Source: Vicugna vicugna (taxonomy: Eukaryota). Taken from it: a stretch of 64,000 nucleotides of DNA. The position numbers and the translations under genes are program-made. The DNA lies in NCBI GenBank assembly GCA_013265495.1, contig MU058444.1:620001-684000 (forward strand), in the 5' to 3' direction. Under the pieces are notes generated by a model, which was not told the DNA's origin, did no database searches, and saw nothing but the letters and a program-made list of their open reading frames with translations. Shown in pieces: positions 38,591 to 52,229 of the stretch; position 1 is the first letter of the stretch, and each line of letters opens with the position of its first letter.

Positions 38591-39370
38591 ATTGGCAGGA
38601 ACATTATTCTATCAGAACAAATAGAGCTATATTTTGGAGCAGAATTCTAAATCTGCATACATTTTAAAGGAAAAAAAAAACCAAAAAATGGAGACTCAGG
38701 TTTGAATTTGTGGAGAGCTGACTTGGTCGGCATCTTCCAAGCCCTCTGTGATTATGTTTTGTTTTTAGAGACTCTTCATTGGGAAATTCTTAAGAATTAC
38801 TGCTCTACCAGATTGCATAAATTAATAAATGCATTTGGTACCAAATATATTCATAATCACTGAAGTAGCACTGTTAACACAATTTTCCTACTTAAAAAGC
38901 CTTATGAGATGGGAATTATTATTCCATTTTACCATAAATAAGAGACTGAGAATGTCTTAGAAAACTTTTCAGGTCTTTCTGAATTCAAAATTACTATTTT
39001 CCCAATACTAAATCTATATATAAATATAGATTTATATACATATTTATGTATATATTTATATATATATAAACAAGAAAGGTCAAATGTCAAGATTCACTTA
39101 ATATATGTTTACCACCTAGGTTTTCTCAAGTAATTGCTAAATGTTCTCTTTTACTAAAAATTTCCTTAAGGTAAAGCTAATTATATCCTTTTTTTCTTCT
39201 AAAATTCTATTCTTACTTGCTTGACAGCATATTTTTAATCTGTACATACAGACTTTTGCCTAAGTTTTCAACAAGAACCTTTTCTAAGTTTATAATGTGT
39301 GTCAGACACCGTGCTGGGTGTTAAGAAAACAAACACCAAAAAAAATTTGCTCATGTTTTCAGGCAAGTGG

Positions 39371-39459
39371 AGAGAGAGAGAGAGGGAGAGAGAGAAAGGA
39401 AGACAGAAGAGAAGGAAGGAAGGAAGGAAGGAAGGAAGGAAGGAAGGAAGGAAGGAAGG
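39371..39459. repeat. (GA)n plus (GGAA)n polypurine microsatellite
   Basis: Direct reading. Confidence 0.95.
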
Positions 39460-39988
39460 TAGGCCCAGGCATTCTTCTATTTCATGAGAATTTACTTACC
39501 TGCCCTGGAGCCTGACTACTTCAGCATCTCTGGGTTTTTCTTCCCTCTCCTCCATCATCTCTATATGAATGTATATACCTTTGCAGCAACATCGTTTGGT
39601 TAACAGTGTCCATTGCAAGTGGCCATGTGGCATTCCTCAGCCTCATATTCTGTGCAGTGATGTTCCCACAAGAAGACCAATACAAGTCTTTCACATTTGC
39701 AAGCAGTTCAGGTCAGCATCCTAGGTCTGGATTCTTCTACTTTGAGATAAAGTAAATCCGAGGGCAGAAACCATTACCAAAGGATAGAAATGGGGATTTC
39801 AGTAAAGTAGACCTACTCTTCAGTTGCTGCTATAAAGCAAGTAGCACAAACTGAACAGCCTTCAGAAAGGAAAAGGAATCTTTCTGACACCGTGGCAGCC
39901 CTGCGTTCTGGGAAGTCCTACGTACCTACACTAGCGTGGTCTTGAAGTGTCCATCTAGGAGCAGAGACAGCCCTGTAAACGTACAATA

Positions 39989-40069
39989 GTGGCAGGAGGT
40001 GAGCTCACGGTCTTCCTACTCTGCCATCTTGGCTGACCCCCAAGAATAAACATAAAACAAAACAAAACG
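39989..40069. mobile_element. Mini-retroposon: inverted L1 extreme 5' end joined to an A-rich tail
   Basis: Minus strand reads GGGGGTCAGCCAAGATGGCAGAGTAGGAAGACCGTGAGCTCACCTCCTGCCAC (L1 5'UTR start); 11-bp TSD aacgtacaata / aacatacaata. Confidence 0.7.
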
Positions 40070-41412
40070 AACATACAATATGAGTGCATTGGTTTTGCAA
40101 TGGATAGAATCAAGGACTTTGAAAGCGTAGAGATGGTACAATTGAGAACTAGAGTAGGAAGTGACACTGAAATGGGAGTTGAGAGCACATTCAGCATTCC
40201 TTTGCATTTCCTTTACCGTGGACTCTTTATTCTGGCCCTTTATTCATTTTTCTAATGGAGTCTTAGTTTTTAAAATTTTGATGTGTATGAGCTCGTATGA
40301 TACATTGAAAGGATTGACTTTTTTATACTGTTGACTGAATCCCACTTTGTTGTTGGCTTCATTAATTTATTTTTAATGGTTTTGACCTGGACAATGCTTT
40401 AACTTTTATTCTGGATTTTTAAAGTTCTATTTTTAAGTATTTAAGTCAAGGATCTACCTGCAATATGTTGGGTGGATGATGTGTGGTCATGATCTAATTT
40501 TTTTCCTTCATACTCTAAGCTCAAAGCACTGCGGGCATGTAATGAATAACCCACTCCTTTCATACTCTTTGAAATGTATTTTTTATTGCCTATTACATTC
40601 TTACACCAATTTATTATGGCTTGATTCTGAGGTGTCCTGTTTGAAATACACACTACTATTTAACTTCTACCACTTTTTTTTTAATACCAGGTGGTGTTCA
40701 CACTGCTTTATCACTTTCATTTTTTCAATAATTTTCCAGTTATTTTTCCTATTCATTTTTACAATGAGATTAACACAAACACATACAAAAAACATCAGAA
40801 CAATTTAAACTGGAACTTGTATGTCTTATTTATAAAGAGGATAGCATATACTTTTTTTTACTTTTTAAAGACTATGATCAAGTACCCTGCATTTATTTTT
40901 CTTTAGAGAAATGCTATTTTTCAAGGATTTTGTTTTTAGAAAACTTCTTTTTCCTCTTCCCTATACTCTAAGATTTTTATATGTTTCTTAAATGTTGTTT
41001 TTAAAGATGAAGCTATTTGGCTTCTAAACTATTTAGTTTAAGTTATTTTATTTTACTTTCATTGCCAGGTTGAAGTATCTCAATAGTAAACAACATTAAA
41101 AAATAAAAGAAGTAGTAAAATGATAATTTGATTATGTTGATTAAAGAATTTACCGCTTTTCAAACGTAGAACGTTTTACCCATCTAAGATCTGTAAAGGA
41201 CCCTGGATTTTCTCTACCCAATAACCTAATGTAAAAGAAGAGGACCTGGAGATAGAGATTTTCCAGAGATTACATGCTGGTTGGTTGCAGAATCAATATT
41301 CAACTCAAATGACTTCAGTACTAATCTTGTTTGGCAAACCACTGGGATACAACACAGGGTTACAAGACTGGGTGTTGAAGTCAGACATGTCTACATCAAA
41401 AAGCTATTGCTC

Positions 41413-41451
41413 GAACGGACTATAACTCAATTAAAAAAGAAAAAAAGAAAG
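41413..41451 (+). mobile_element. 39-bp L1 3'-terminal insertion
   Basis: gaacggactataactcaatt plus A-tail between perfect 15-bp TSDs aaaaagctattgctc (41398-41412 / 41452-41466). Confidence 0.85.
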
Positions 41452-41460
41452 AAAAAGCTA

Positions 41461-41837
41461 TTGCTCATTTTTGGATTGGGTTTTTTTTTTTTTTGTTCTT
41501 AAGTTGTATGAGCTGTTTATATAAGATATTCTGAAAATTAAACCTTTGTCTGTTGCATCGTTGGCAAATATTTTCTCCCATTTTGTAGAGAACCTAAACA
41601 AGCAATTCTGCAGTGAAGACATACAAATGGCCAATAGGCACGTGAAAAAAAAAATGCTCAGTATCACTAATTATCAGAGATGTGCAAGTCAAAACTACAA
41701 TGAAATATCACCTCACACCAGTCAGAGTGACCATCATTAAAAAGTCTACAAATGATAAATCCTGGAGAGGGTGTGGAGAAAAGGGGACCGTCCCACACTG
41801 CTGGTGGGAATGCAGTTTGGTGCAGCCATTATAGAAA
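41461..41837 (+). mobile_element. L1 ORF2 3' fragment with 5' inversion
   Basis: 41461-~41588 is antisense ORF2 (WEKIFANDATDKGLI in ORF 41458..41667); ~41589-41837 is sense (NKQFCSEDIQMANRHVKK...). Confidence 0.85.
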
Positions 41838-42679
41838 TATTTGACTTATTGGAAAGTGAAAAATGCAATTATTTAGTTTATGGAGATGCGCCCCAAAGTG
41901 ATTCCCAACTCAAACTTTCGATAGATTTTATTGAGCAATGATCGTGTACTAGGCACCTTGCCAGGTGGTGAGGGTACTGACAGGAGTAACGTGGGGAGCC
42001 TTAACAAATAAAATAAAACAAGACCCAATGACGTGATGCAGCCATGGAAAGCGACCAATTATACAGGAAAGCCACTGAGAGGTTCCGCAAACCCTTGGGA
42101 TCATTTGAGCTGACCTCACTGACAGAAGCGTGAAGGCGGAGAGGGACCCACGGGGGTGAAACTGATCAATGGGCTTTATTTTTCTTCTGTCTTCAGTGCT
42201 GAGTGCAGGGTGGTCAGGACTGAATCAAGCTGCCAGCACAGTTCGGGTTCCATATGTTCCTCTTGTTGACACCGGTCTCTCATTTATTGGCCATCTCAAA
42301 CGCCGAGCAAGTCTGCTAACTCCGTAAGGGCTGTCACTATGAGCCGGTCTTTTGCAAAGCAAAGCAACAATGGCCAACAAGCAAAGCTTTATTTTTATTT
42401 AAGTAAAGCATGGTAGGAGTGTTGTTTTAAAAAGAATTCTTAGAAAGCTCACTTGGCATTCATCAAAGTATGCCTTCTAGAACATGTATATATAACACGT
42501 ATTGTATGTATAACATGTGCAGATGTGTGCACACACCCATATACATGCACATGAAGGTCTCTAAGATCTTTCTCCCTTCAGGGCAGTGCAGGACTAACCT
42601 TGATTGTGGAGCAAACACTGTAGAACATAAAGAAATGGGATTTCCATTCAACCTAAGGTTGATGCTAATTCCGCCCTTT

Positions 42680-42800
42680 TTCTCAGGTGACCTCAGGCAG
42701 TGACCTCTCATCTCTCTCTGTCGCAATTTTCTCATTGGGATAATAATAGTGTCCTCAGTGTCTCGTTGTGAGGATTAAATGGGACAGTATGCCTGCCACC
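42680..42800 (+). mobile_element. MIR SINE
   Basis: gtgacctcaggcagtgacctctc...tttctcattgggataataatagtg...gttgtgaggattaaatg. Confidence 0.75.
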
Positions 42801-45800
42801 TAATTAATAGCTGCTCCTTTTACGCTTTTTTTCATTTCTTTCAAAATTTGTATTTTCTTTAACTCTTTCTTTCTTACCTTTATTACTCTGACTCTGTTTT
42901 CAGAATTATCTTTGAAAGTCTAATCTGGAGCTGGTTCTAATTATGGCATTACTGAGTACTTACATATGATATGATACACTTTTATACTGATGGTTTCCAA
43001 TTTTTTTATGTTTAGAAAATTTTTGATCCACCTCACTCCGGAAAGACCAGTAGATGAATAAGGATGAGAAACGAAAGAGAAATGTGACTCTAGGAGGAAA
43101 TATTTAATTTCTTTGGTAAATGTGATTAAATTTTTATGACCTTAGATAGTACGGCTCTGTTTGTAGCAAGAAAAGCAGGAAGGTAGTTAGGGAGTTTGGT
43201 CACGTACACTTTAACCCCACTGGATTGTGTAAATAACATGGTTTGAAATAATAACTTCCTAGCTGGTAAATATCAAGGAGAGACATGGCACGTGAACAAA
43301 TGTTTCGACTGAGGAAGGTGATTACAGGCAATTCTCTAGATCTATGGAGAACCTGGGGAAACGGTTACACCAAGGCTGAGAACGGCTCTCAGTTACTGGG
43401 AAAGTGAGCTCTACCTTCTTGTTGGGGTGAGTTTTAGTCTCTGTGGACACTTCAGGTCTGGGGGGCCTGGGCAGCGGGGCTTCACTAGTCCCTGGGACAG
43501 TGCTACCTTCCAAATGGAGCCGAATGGATTATTTTTGGTGATTTTGTTTTATAATCCAATATGTTCTGTGGCAGGTGTTGCCCTCAAAGTTTCAGATATG
43601 ATAGACTTCACAGGGAGGTTAGGTAAAGTGTGCTTGCGAATTTGCAGAGATGTGTGGTGGGTGTGGAGGGGACATGAAGAGTGGCTTTTGTCAGGAAGAA
43701 GTGTGGATTGGTTGTCCCTTAAAAGTGAGAGCACTCTCAGGACAATCACGGGACCTTTTAAGAAAGTATATAATGCAAGGTTACCGTGCTGGGATCTAGG
43801 GTCAGAATTTATTCTTATGCTCCAGCAATATGACGTATATGACAATTCTGATGAATAAACGAACTGGGAGATTTTGTTAAAAGGTGTGTGTTGCTATGGC
43901 AATGAGCAATGTCTTCCCTGAACAGAACCATGTAGAATATGACTGACAACGTCAGTGAGAAGTTCAGGCCACGTCTATGTTCCACCGAAAAGGGAAAGGT
44001 TGCAGAAAAAACCTGGATTTGGCAGGTGATGAATGAGTACTACTTATGACATTAACTGACAGCTTTGACTTATTTTGATCCTTAAAATAAATGTATCAGA
44101 TATTATTCTTTCCCTTCCTCATGATTCTGACAATTATGTTCATTACATCCCTGCATACAGAGCTGGTTGGAAGTGATGAAGGCCACCCTGACTGGAGTGT
44201 TGTTACCACGACCACGCTGTTCTCTTCCTGCCTCCATCCCCACACTTTCTCATTTTAGTCCATTTTGTTCACCATTGTCAGCTTTATCTTTCGATGGCTG
44301 TCTACCATCCTTCCCCTTCCAAACGTTTCATGATTCCTCTATGAAGGCACCAAAGGTAGCTGCTGGCTTTATTTCTTGCTCTCCTCCCCGCTGTGCCGTC
44401 CCTTCTTCTCAGCATCTTCTACAAGTTACTCAAGACCCACCATGCCCCTCCTCATCACAGCTGGAAATGGCTCCACCCGTGTCTGCCTTCCCCTGGTTAG
44501 ATTAATTTGTGGGGGTGGGGGGTGGGGACTTACCATCTTGAATATTCACAGACATAGATAATACGTAAATGAATGAGCTTGATTGTCTCATAAATGTTAT
44601 TTGCAAACACAGGCTTTGGACCAGATTTAGCCTATGAGTCATGTACTCCAACCCCTGGAGGATGCTGTAATCTCCCAGTCTCCTTTCAGTGCCAAGATTT
44701 TAGAAGAAAATAAAAAGCCAAGTCTATGCCTAACATCCAAAGGCTGAAGTTTTCCCTCCAAGTGTATCTTCATTAGATACAACCCTCGTTAACTGTCATT
44801 GACGATGATGGATGGCTTTGGTCCTGCGTGCGCTCTCCGCGGTACACTTCGCGTGGTGTGGACATCTTAACATATCTTCTGTCGGTGCAGCCAATGCAGA
44901 GGGATGTTCTGCCTGGTCTACAGCGCGTCATTCTGACCAGAGCATAAATTGGGCACAACTTTGTCACCCATTTCCTCCATAATCCTTTCTAGAGGCCAAA
45001 TTACACATGATGTTACAACATAGCAATCTTTTTGCTTTCTGAAATATTAGCCTAGGAGAGTGTCAACCATATGTCAGCAACTCAGTAAATAGTGTTGTTT
45101 GGATGATTAATTAAAAGGAGGAACATATAACCCACACAATTGTCTGTGACATTTTCCGACCAAAGAAACGATCTTTCAGAAATCCCCATCTGCTTCTTCC
45201 ATCGATGATAAAAATTTTGTAGCTCCGTGGGGGAACACAGCAGGAAAAGGACCCGAACGTAGATTCAGAGATCCCCGGCTTGATGGGCATTTTGCTTCAG
45301 TAGAAAATGAAGGGGGTTGGGGAGCACCCTCATTTTATTTTGCTTTCCCATGCAGTCTGCTTTGATCCATCTCTGATCTAGCATTAATTAGCACTTTCGG
45401 ATCCTCTCCATAGTCGACACTGCCACACTCGCTACACTCACCAAGCCTGAGTTTTTTATTTTTGAATGAAGTTACTAAGTGTCTTTGCTACAACATTCAT
45501 CACGACAAAAGCGTGCATATCTTTGCCTCATTCTTACTGCAGTTACCTTGCACATCTTTGGGTTGAAGGATGCTCACAGTCTCTATATAGTCTCCCCTTT
45601 GAAAGGAAAATCCTGCTTCCAGAGTAGTCAATATCATGGTTATTGACTTGAAGCTCCCCTGGCGGTTTCTTTACACTTGTATCCTATCTGACCTTCATTT
45701 GCTTCATATGAAGGGTTGGAATGCCACATCAGGCTCGCTTACGTGTTTGCTCCCTGTTTTCCTCCAGAATTTCCTGTTCTAGTTGTCTGTACTGCCTAAA

Positions 45801-48371
45801 ATTTCTTTGCATGTCTGCTATTTAGAAACTTTGCTTTCTATCTGTCTGGATCTATATTCGCTGATACAGAATAGGTCTGCCCAGAAAACATGAGTTTGAA
45901 TTCTTGCTGTCAGTCTGCTGGACACATGCAGGGACCCCAGAAGTAGCCAACATCAGAAGGATTGCAACATTCTGATCTAGACAATTGGGCTTCCGTGTAA
46001 TATACCTAGCATCAAGACAAAATAAAGCTTTGTTCTTCTTGTAACTCCAGATTCTTAGATGCACGTGAGATCAGCTTTAAAGAACTTGATTCCTGAAGCC
46101 AATGGGATCTTGACATGTGAGTTAGCAAATGACTATTCTCGTCACAGGAGAATTCGTCACTCTGCAGAAAGTCTCTTTCACAGTTTTGTTTAATAACCAG
46201 TTTTCCTTCGTCCTTTTAGTGTGTTGCCTGTCAGAAACCCCGAAAAGCCACGAATTTAAACATTAATATGCAGAACCACTCTCAGCAGAGGGAACTCAAA
46301 AGGAGACAAAGCCACTCTGTCATTACAGTCTCAGGCAACCCGATGGCCGGGAACACGTCTCTATGCAGCGTGCGGTGCACCTCAAGATTTGCCACATTTG
46401 ATGTACCCTCCCTACCCATTTGACCTTGAAATCCTGCAGTTAACCTTGACTCCTTTTTCTCCCTCTCAGTCAGTATAAATTAGCCAATAAATTCCTTCAG
46501 TTTCTCTCCAACATAGCCCTCAAATCTGGGCCCTCCTGTTCAGTCCCACTGCCACTGTACTTGCTCAGAAAATATCTGTTGAGGGCTGCTTAAGTGATGG
46601 TCAGTCTTCTAGGTGTTGGAGACCCAGCTATTAAAAGCATAAACAACTTTTGCTTTGGAGGGCTTCCATGCTTTTGTGGAATTTCTCTATGTCTTGTTTT
46701 AAGGGCAACATGCATCGGGAGCTTTCAGTCTCCCCCCCCCCCAACCCCGGGACTCTACCGCCCGGTGCTAACACCAGGGTGGTCCCTCTGAAAGACTGCC
46801 TGAATCATGTCACATCTCGGATTTGAATGATTCTTGATCGCCAGCTTTGTAAATTCCAAGCTTCGCAGTCATGAGTGCTTTTATTTTTCTGACTTTATTT
46901 CCTTCCACTCCCACAGCTGTTCCCCCATCAAGCGCAGCTGAGATGAGGTTTTCATGGCTCTCTCATGACTTTGCACTTACTTATTGTGCCTAAAATTCTC
47001 CACCCCCCTTTCCACCTGAAGAATGTCTACTCGACTCTGTGAAAGGAGTTGTCTTTGCCCTGCACAGTTGATTTCTTCATCTGTAGCCCACAGAAAAATT
47101 GTAAACCATGCTTTCACAGAGGTAGCAATTATAGAATTCAGATTATTTTTATACTTGTTTGTTTTCCACGTCCCAGCATCACTCTCGTTAGATTTGCATC
47201 TTCTTGAAGGCAAAACATATACTTCCTTTGCACTAAACAATAGTCTGCTAAGTAAAGGCAGAAATAAATGAATGAAGTACTCAAGATGCTCTGTGCTTTC
47301 GTTTTTAAGAGACATGTTTAGGGGAATATAAGTGTCACTTTCAGAAAGTTATGTGTTCAATTTTCTCTTATTTACCATGTCTAGCATGAGCACCACTGTA
47401 TATATGAACCTCAACGGCAAAATCAAGCAAAACCAAGGGAGAGGAAAAAAACTATTATTTAAAATCATACACAAAGTACTTATTCAGTTACAGTGCTTTT
47501 ACTATTGAGACATAGCTTAAAATAGAGTTTTAAGAAGTCTAATATTGTTTAACACAGTTATCTGAGAAGAACAACATCCTTTTCAAAGGAAATATGTATA
47601 AAAATATCCATAGTCTTAGCTGTACAAAATCCCCCATCATTATTTAATGCTTTACTCTGCAGAATTTATCGCCTCTCCAAGAAAGACTTTTAATATTATG
47701 CAAAAGAGGAGTGTTTCCAGAACTACCTAAAATGACATATAAGATGAATCCAGAAGGAAGAGCTTAAACGATCATGTGCTCAAAGTGAGGGACGTAGCAA
47801 TAGACTCAGAGCGGGAAGCCATCAGTCCCCAGGCATCCTCAGAGAATGTAGTCTTCGGGCTAGGAGCTGCCTGCAAGTTTTCATTACCAGCATTTTCCCG
47901 TGTGTCCCTAAATTTTGAGGGAAAAGCAGCATTAGTGGGTCTTCACAACGAGTGGAAACAATTCAATTTAATGAGGTCGAAAAAAAAAATTGAACAGCAT
48001 AAGTTCCTATGAAGTGGAATCCCTTCAGGCAAGAAATGCCACCATTAAGGTCTCTCCAGCCTGGGGACCTATGCTACAGGTTAACAAGTTTACAGAAACA
48101 ATCTCAGCAGAATACAGCTAAGGTTCTGGTCCTTCTGAAGAAATGTTTGTGAATAGTCCTCAGAATGAAGAGGTATGAGGGAAAGGAAAGAAGAAAGTGA
48201 ATAGTTAGACTTGGGGCAGATGTGAATGGAATGGGGATCCTCATGTCCTCAGAGACACTCATTGTCTGACAAGAAGAGATTTGTGAAAAATACACACGTA
48301 TTCCTAAAATTTCAGCCTGTTGGTAACATGACAAGCAAAAGTCCAGGACCACAATATGTGTGTGTATACAT

Positions 48372-48402
<31 letters not shown>

Positions 48403-49317
48403 CTATAAAGAGAGGAGGGACTCTCTCCTGTAAATGAATACTGTAAGGAATCTTTTTGCTTTGTTCTAGTTAACCATCTTTGCTTAGATAAAGGTTTTAA
48501 TTACGTGAATACACTATGACACTAATGAGAAATAACCTGGACTCAAGTGATTCTTCCCAGTCATTCAGAGCCTGGGATATTTAGAAAACTAACCCACTTG
48601 TCTACTTTTCTGCAACACTCCTTTGCGACTTTATTTGATCACCATCTTAGGAACTGTCATGGTGTAAGCATTAGGACCTGTGATGGGTGAACTTTGCTTG
48701 TCCTTTATCACAACGGCTGTAACGCAGTGGAACTGCGCAGTCGCTTCTGCGGTGAGGTGTGACATTTTCTTCCCAACTGAATTTTGCATAAAGGTTAACG
48801 CCCTTTGTTTATGTTTTCTTTCCACAAGCATCCTAGCCTCTGAAACCGTCCGCTTCAGCAGACTTACTTTCTTTTTCCTCTCTCACCTTTATTTGAAGAC
48901 TTGACTAACTTTCCTGTCCATTTTGAGAATGGTGATAATAATTTGAATGCTGACATTCTCCTTGGGTGAAAAATGACTGGTGCTCAAAATACTGCATCTT
49001 AAAGTTATGATAAACAGCACTATTTCTTGAAAAGAAATGTATAGCAACTCCAAAGAGTGAGTAGGTTTGCAAGCTAAGAATTATTGTTGTCTTATTACAC
49101 CACCGAAAATATTGAGATGATTGTAATTAAGTATATAGGAACACATGAAAAATACGGCCATTTGAATGATGTAAAAGTGATAGTTTGTATTTCTCAGACC
49201 CCTCCAAAAAGCTTATTTCACTTTTAACTTATTTGGTAACACCTAGAATAAGAAAAATTATATGGCTACCTTCTGAAGTGCCTCTTCTTTGTGAGGAAGT
49301 GCTGTTTCCTTAGAACT

Positions 49318-49534
49318 GAGTTGAGCCTTGAACGACCCTGGGGCTGGGGGCTCTGACCCTCTACCCAGTGGGAAACCTACATGTAACTTTACAGTCAGTC
49401 TTCAGCAGCCACCGTTCCACATCCACGAATCCAATCAACTGCAGATCCTGTAGTACTGCAGTAGGATGTAGTGACACAATGCACGTATAAGTGGACCCAT
49501 GCAGGTCAAACTTGTATTGTTCCAGGGTCCACTG
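49318..49534. mobile_element. TcMar-Tigger non-autonomous element (Tigger2-type)
   Basis: Degenerate terminal inverted repeats agttgagccttgaac / gttccagggtccactg and internal gtataagtggacccatgcag. Confidence 0.75.
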
Positions 49535-51871
49535 TGGTTAGCCTCTGATCTGTTGGTAATGGAATTATGGGTAGTCATTATTTTGCCAAATCTTAAGCCC
49601 ATATGTTGTTGTGGATCTTCATGCCCCAAAACGATGTGTCAATATTTCTGAGAGTGTCTAGGGGTTCTCTAAAATAGGCTTAATAAATGCGATACTTCTT
49701 TCATCATGTATTTTTCTTGTTTTGTCTTTTCATTTCCCTCTGCTATGTTACTTTGTCTTCTAATGCACCACCCTCAATGCAGTGGAACATAAGAAGTTAG
49801 AAATAGCATGCAAAGTGTGAAACCTTTTTCCACTTTTGGTACTACCCTCTATTTGAGTGTCACTTAAGTCTTTTATGGAATATACAGTGTTCAGTGAAAC
49901 AGCTCTTTCGGGTTTTAATGACAAGTCTGACTTTTCTTCCCCAAGTTAGCTGAGTTCAGTGTGGAGCTGAGTTTGGACATATCTGAGTGACAGGGAGCAA
50001 ATTGTACTCTCAATTGCTCCTCTTCTCTTTTGGTGAAGACTTCATTACAGCAGCAAGCTTGTCACGTCTGAATATGTCTTTCTTGATTGGAGGTTCTTTC
50101 TTATGAGGCCCCTTAGTACCGTAACCAAGATAGACCTCAACATCTCACTATGTCTGGTGGGATCTCAGATATGAGGATCCTCTCCCACCTGCATTCGTTT
50201 GGAGTCAAATGGTTCCTTAGATTCCTCTAGTTTAGTCTTGTATTTTATATTTTATGTAAATAGCTAAAGTAACTCATGGTCAGACCATGTGAAAGGAAGT
50301 CTGACTGAGTGGTATGGGCGTCCCAAAATTGTCATGATAGCCATGATGAGTAACAAATGAGCAACTCAAGTTTTCAGATATGATCTACTCTTGAAGGACA
50401 TAATGACCTTTGAAGACTTGGGAGCACCTTGAATGATTGGTAAATTTTTTTCAATGGTGATAGCATTTTTAGAAAAGTTACAAGGATGTAAATGCAATTA
50501 GAAAACTGGAAAATGATTTTGAAAACTGAACCAGTTTGAACTTACACATTAAAGTGTCCAGAATATTGGAAACCCTTAAGTGTTTCAGTCTACTCTGTAG
50601 CAGAGAACTAAAAAAGACATGGCAGTCAGTGCAATTATCAGTCCTAACTTCCATCAGTAACACAAGAAAGATGAAGTTGTTCTTTAATGTTTGTCTACCT
50701 CTCAAATCACTTTTTTTCTTCCCTCAATCTCATACCAAAGGGTCCAAATGCATTAATATATTTTCTTGAATGTCCCAAGATCCTTACTATAAACCCGTCA
50801 TCTCTAGGCAATGTCATTATACTATGGTGCCACCCTTCTATTCTGTACCCTATTAAAAACAGATTTCTGGCAATTGGACATGTTGAAAATGTTTGAACAA
50901 CAAATTTGTATCTCTTCCAAGAATGTTTGTTATACAGTGGTGTTCCACGATTTAGCTTGAAGGCGCTCTGATGTTGAGATTTGGGATATTAGAGGTGGAT
51001 TGATGTGGGCAGAAGTATTTTCTCATGATCTACCAAAGTTCATGAACATGGTAGTCAATATGATTTCTCCACATTCACTGATGCCATTCAGGACACACTG
51101 CAGTTGGGGACTGTATGTTTATCAGAGAAGGAATATAACATATTAAGAACATGAGATTTGGAATCCTGGCTCAACATCTCCCACTCTGTCATCTTGGACA
51201 AGTCTTGGTATTTCTTTAGTAAATAAAACATGTTAGTAACATCTACGTCATGGGGTTCAGCCAAGAAAAGAAATGAGGTATTGTAAGTTTGGATTTTTTA
51301 TGAACTATTACATGCTACATTGAGAATGGACCAGTACAGAGGATATAAGATTTGATTTCCATATGTACCTGGGTATAGAGAAATTCCATAATAGGCATAT
51401 AAGCATTTTATAAAATAATGTATGCATATGAATATTATTACCTAACCTCTCTTTTCTATAACAATAATCTTTTTTTTCACATTATGGTTTATATCAGTAG
51501 CCTTGGAAATTCTTAGTTTGCCCATTTAGGGTAGAGTTTCAGAAGGCAAGCTGTAGAGAGGAGAGACATCTTTAAGTACTTTTAAACCCCTGCATCCCAG
51601 CTCTCCTAGACTTACATCTTTCAGTGAATGAGTGTGATTCCAAGCCATTTGGACGGACATAGATGAGTATATCTTGAACAAGAAAATGACCTTATGGTTG
51701 AAAAGAAAACTATATGTGCACATTTCTACAGGCAATGATGACAGTCCCATAATAAAACAGGGTGGGGCAAAAGGAAATTTGAAAGATATAATTCTGACAA
51801 TCATGTGCATTTTATCAAGACGCAACTCAAACATTTTTCACTGTACCAATATTTTTCACTGTCATTTTTAG

Positions 51872-51917
51872 GTGGGGCACACTGAGAGGAGCATCAGGGC
51901 GGAAAGAAAAATTTTGG
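51872..51917 (+). CDS. TINAG: TINAG exon 10 (WGTLRGASGRKEKFW)
   Basis: Acceptor tttttag|G, donor TGG|gtatgt, 46 nt; completes GWG and joins exons 9 and 11 in frame after a 21.9-kb intron. Confidence 0.93.
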
Positions 51918-52229
51918 GTATGTAACTCTTTTCCATTGAATTTCTACTGTCAGGTGAGTATTTGAGAATCACCCGTGTCTCTACTCCCTGCTTTGTGTTG
52001 TGTAGTCATACCCTAAGTCACTGCATTACTGTCTGTAATATTGGCGTTTTCTCCAGCAGAAAATTCATTATAATCATTCATAGTATAGTAAGAGTTTTCT
52101 TCAACTCCTTTTACTTCAAATTGTAAAAGAAGAGTCAGTATTGCTTTTCAAAATGAGAATCAAGAGAAAAACTTCTGTTCTATTGTCATCTATCTCAATT
52201 ACCTTCAGAAAAGTGATGTGAAGACTGAT

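Noticed and set aside
39009..39034. AT-rich hairpin taaatctatat-ataa-atatagattta
   Set aside because: It lies in a (TA)-rich low-complexity tract where such symmetry is common.
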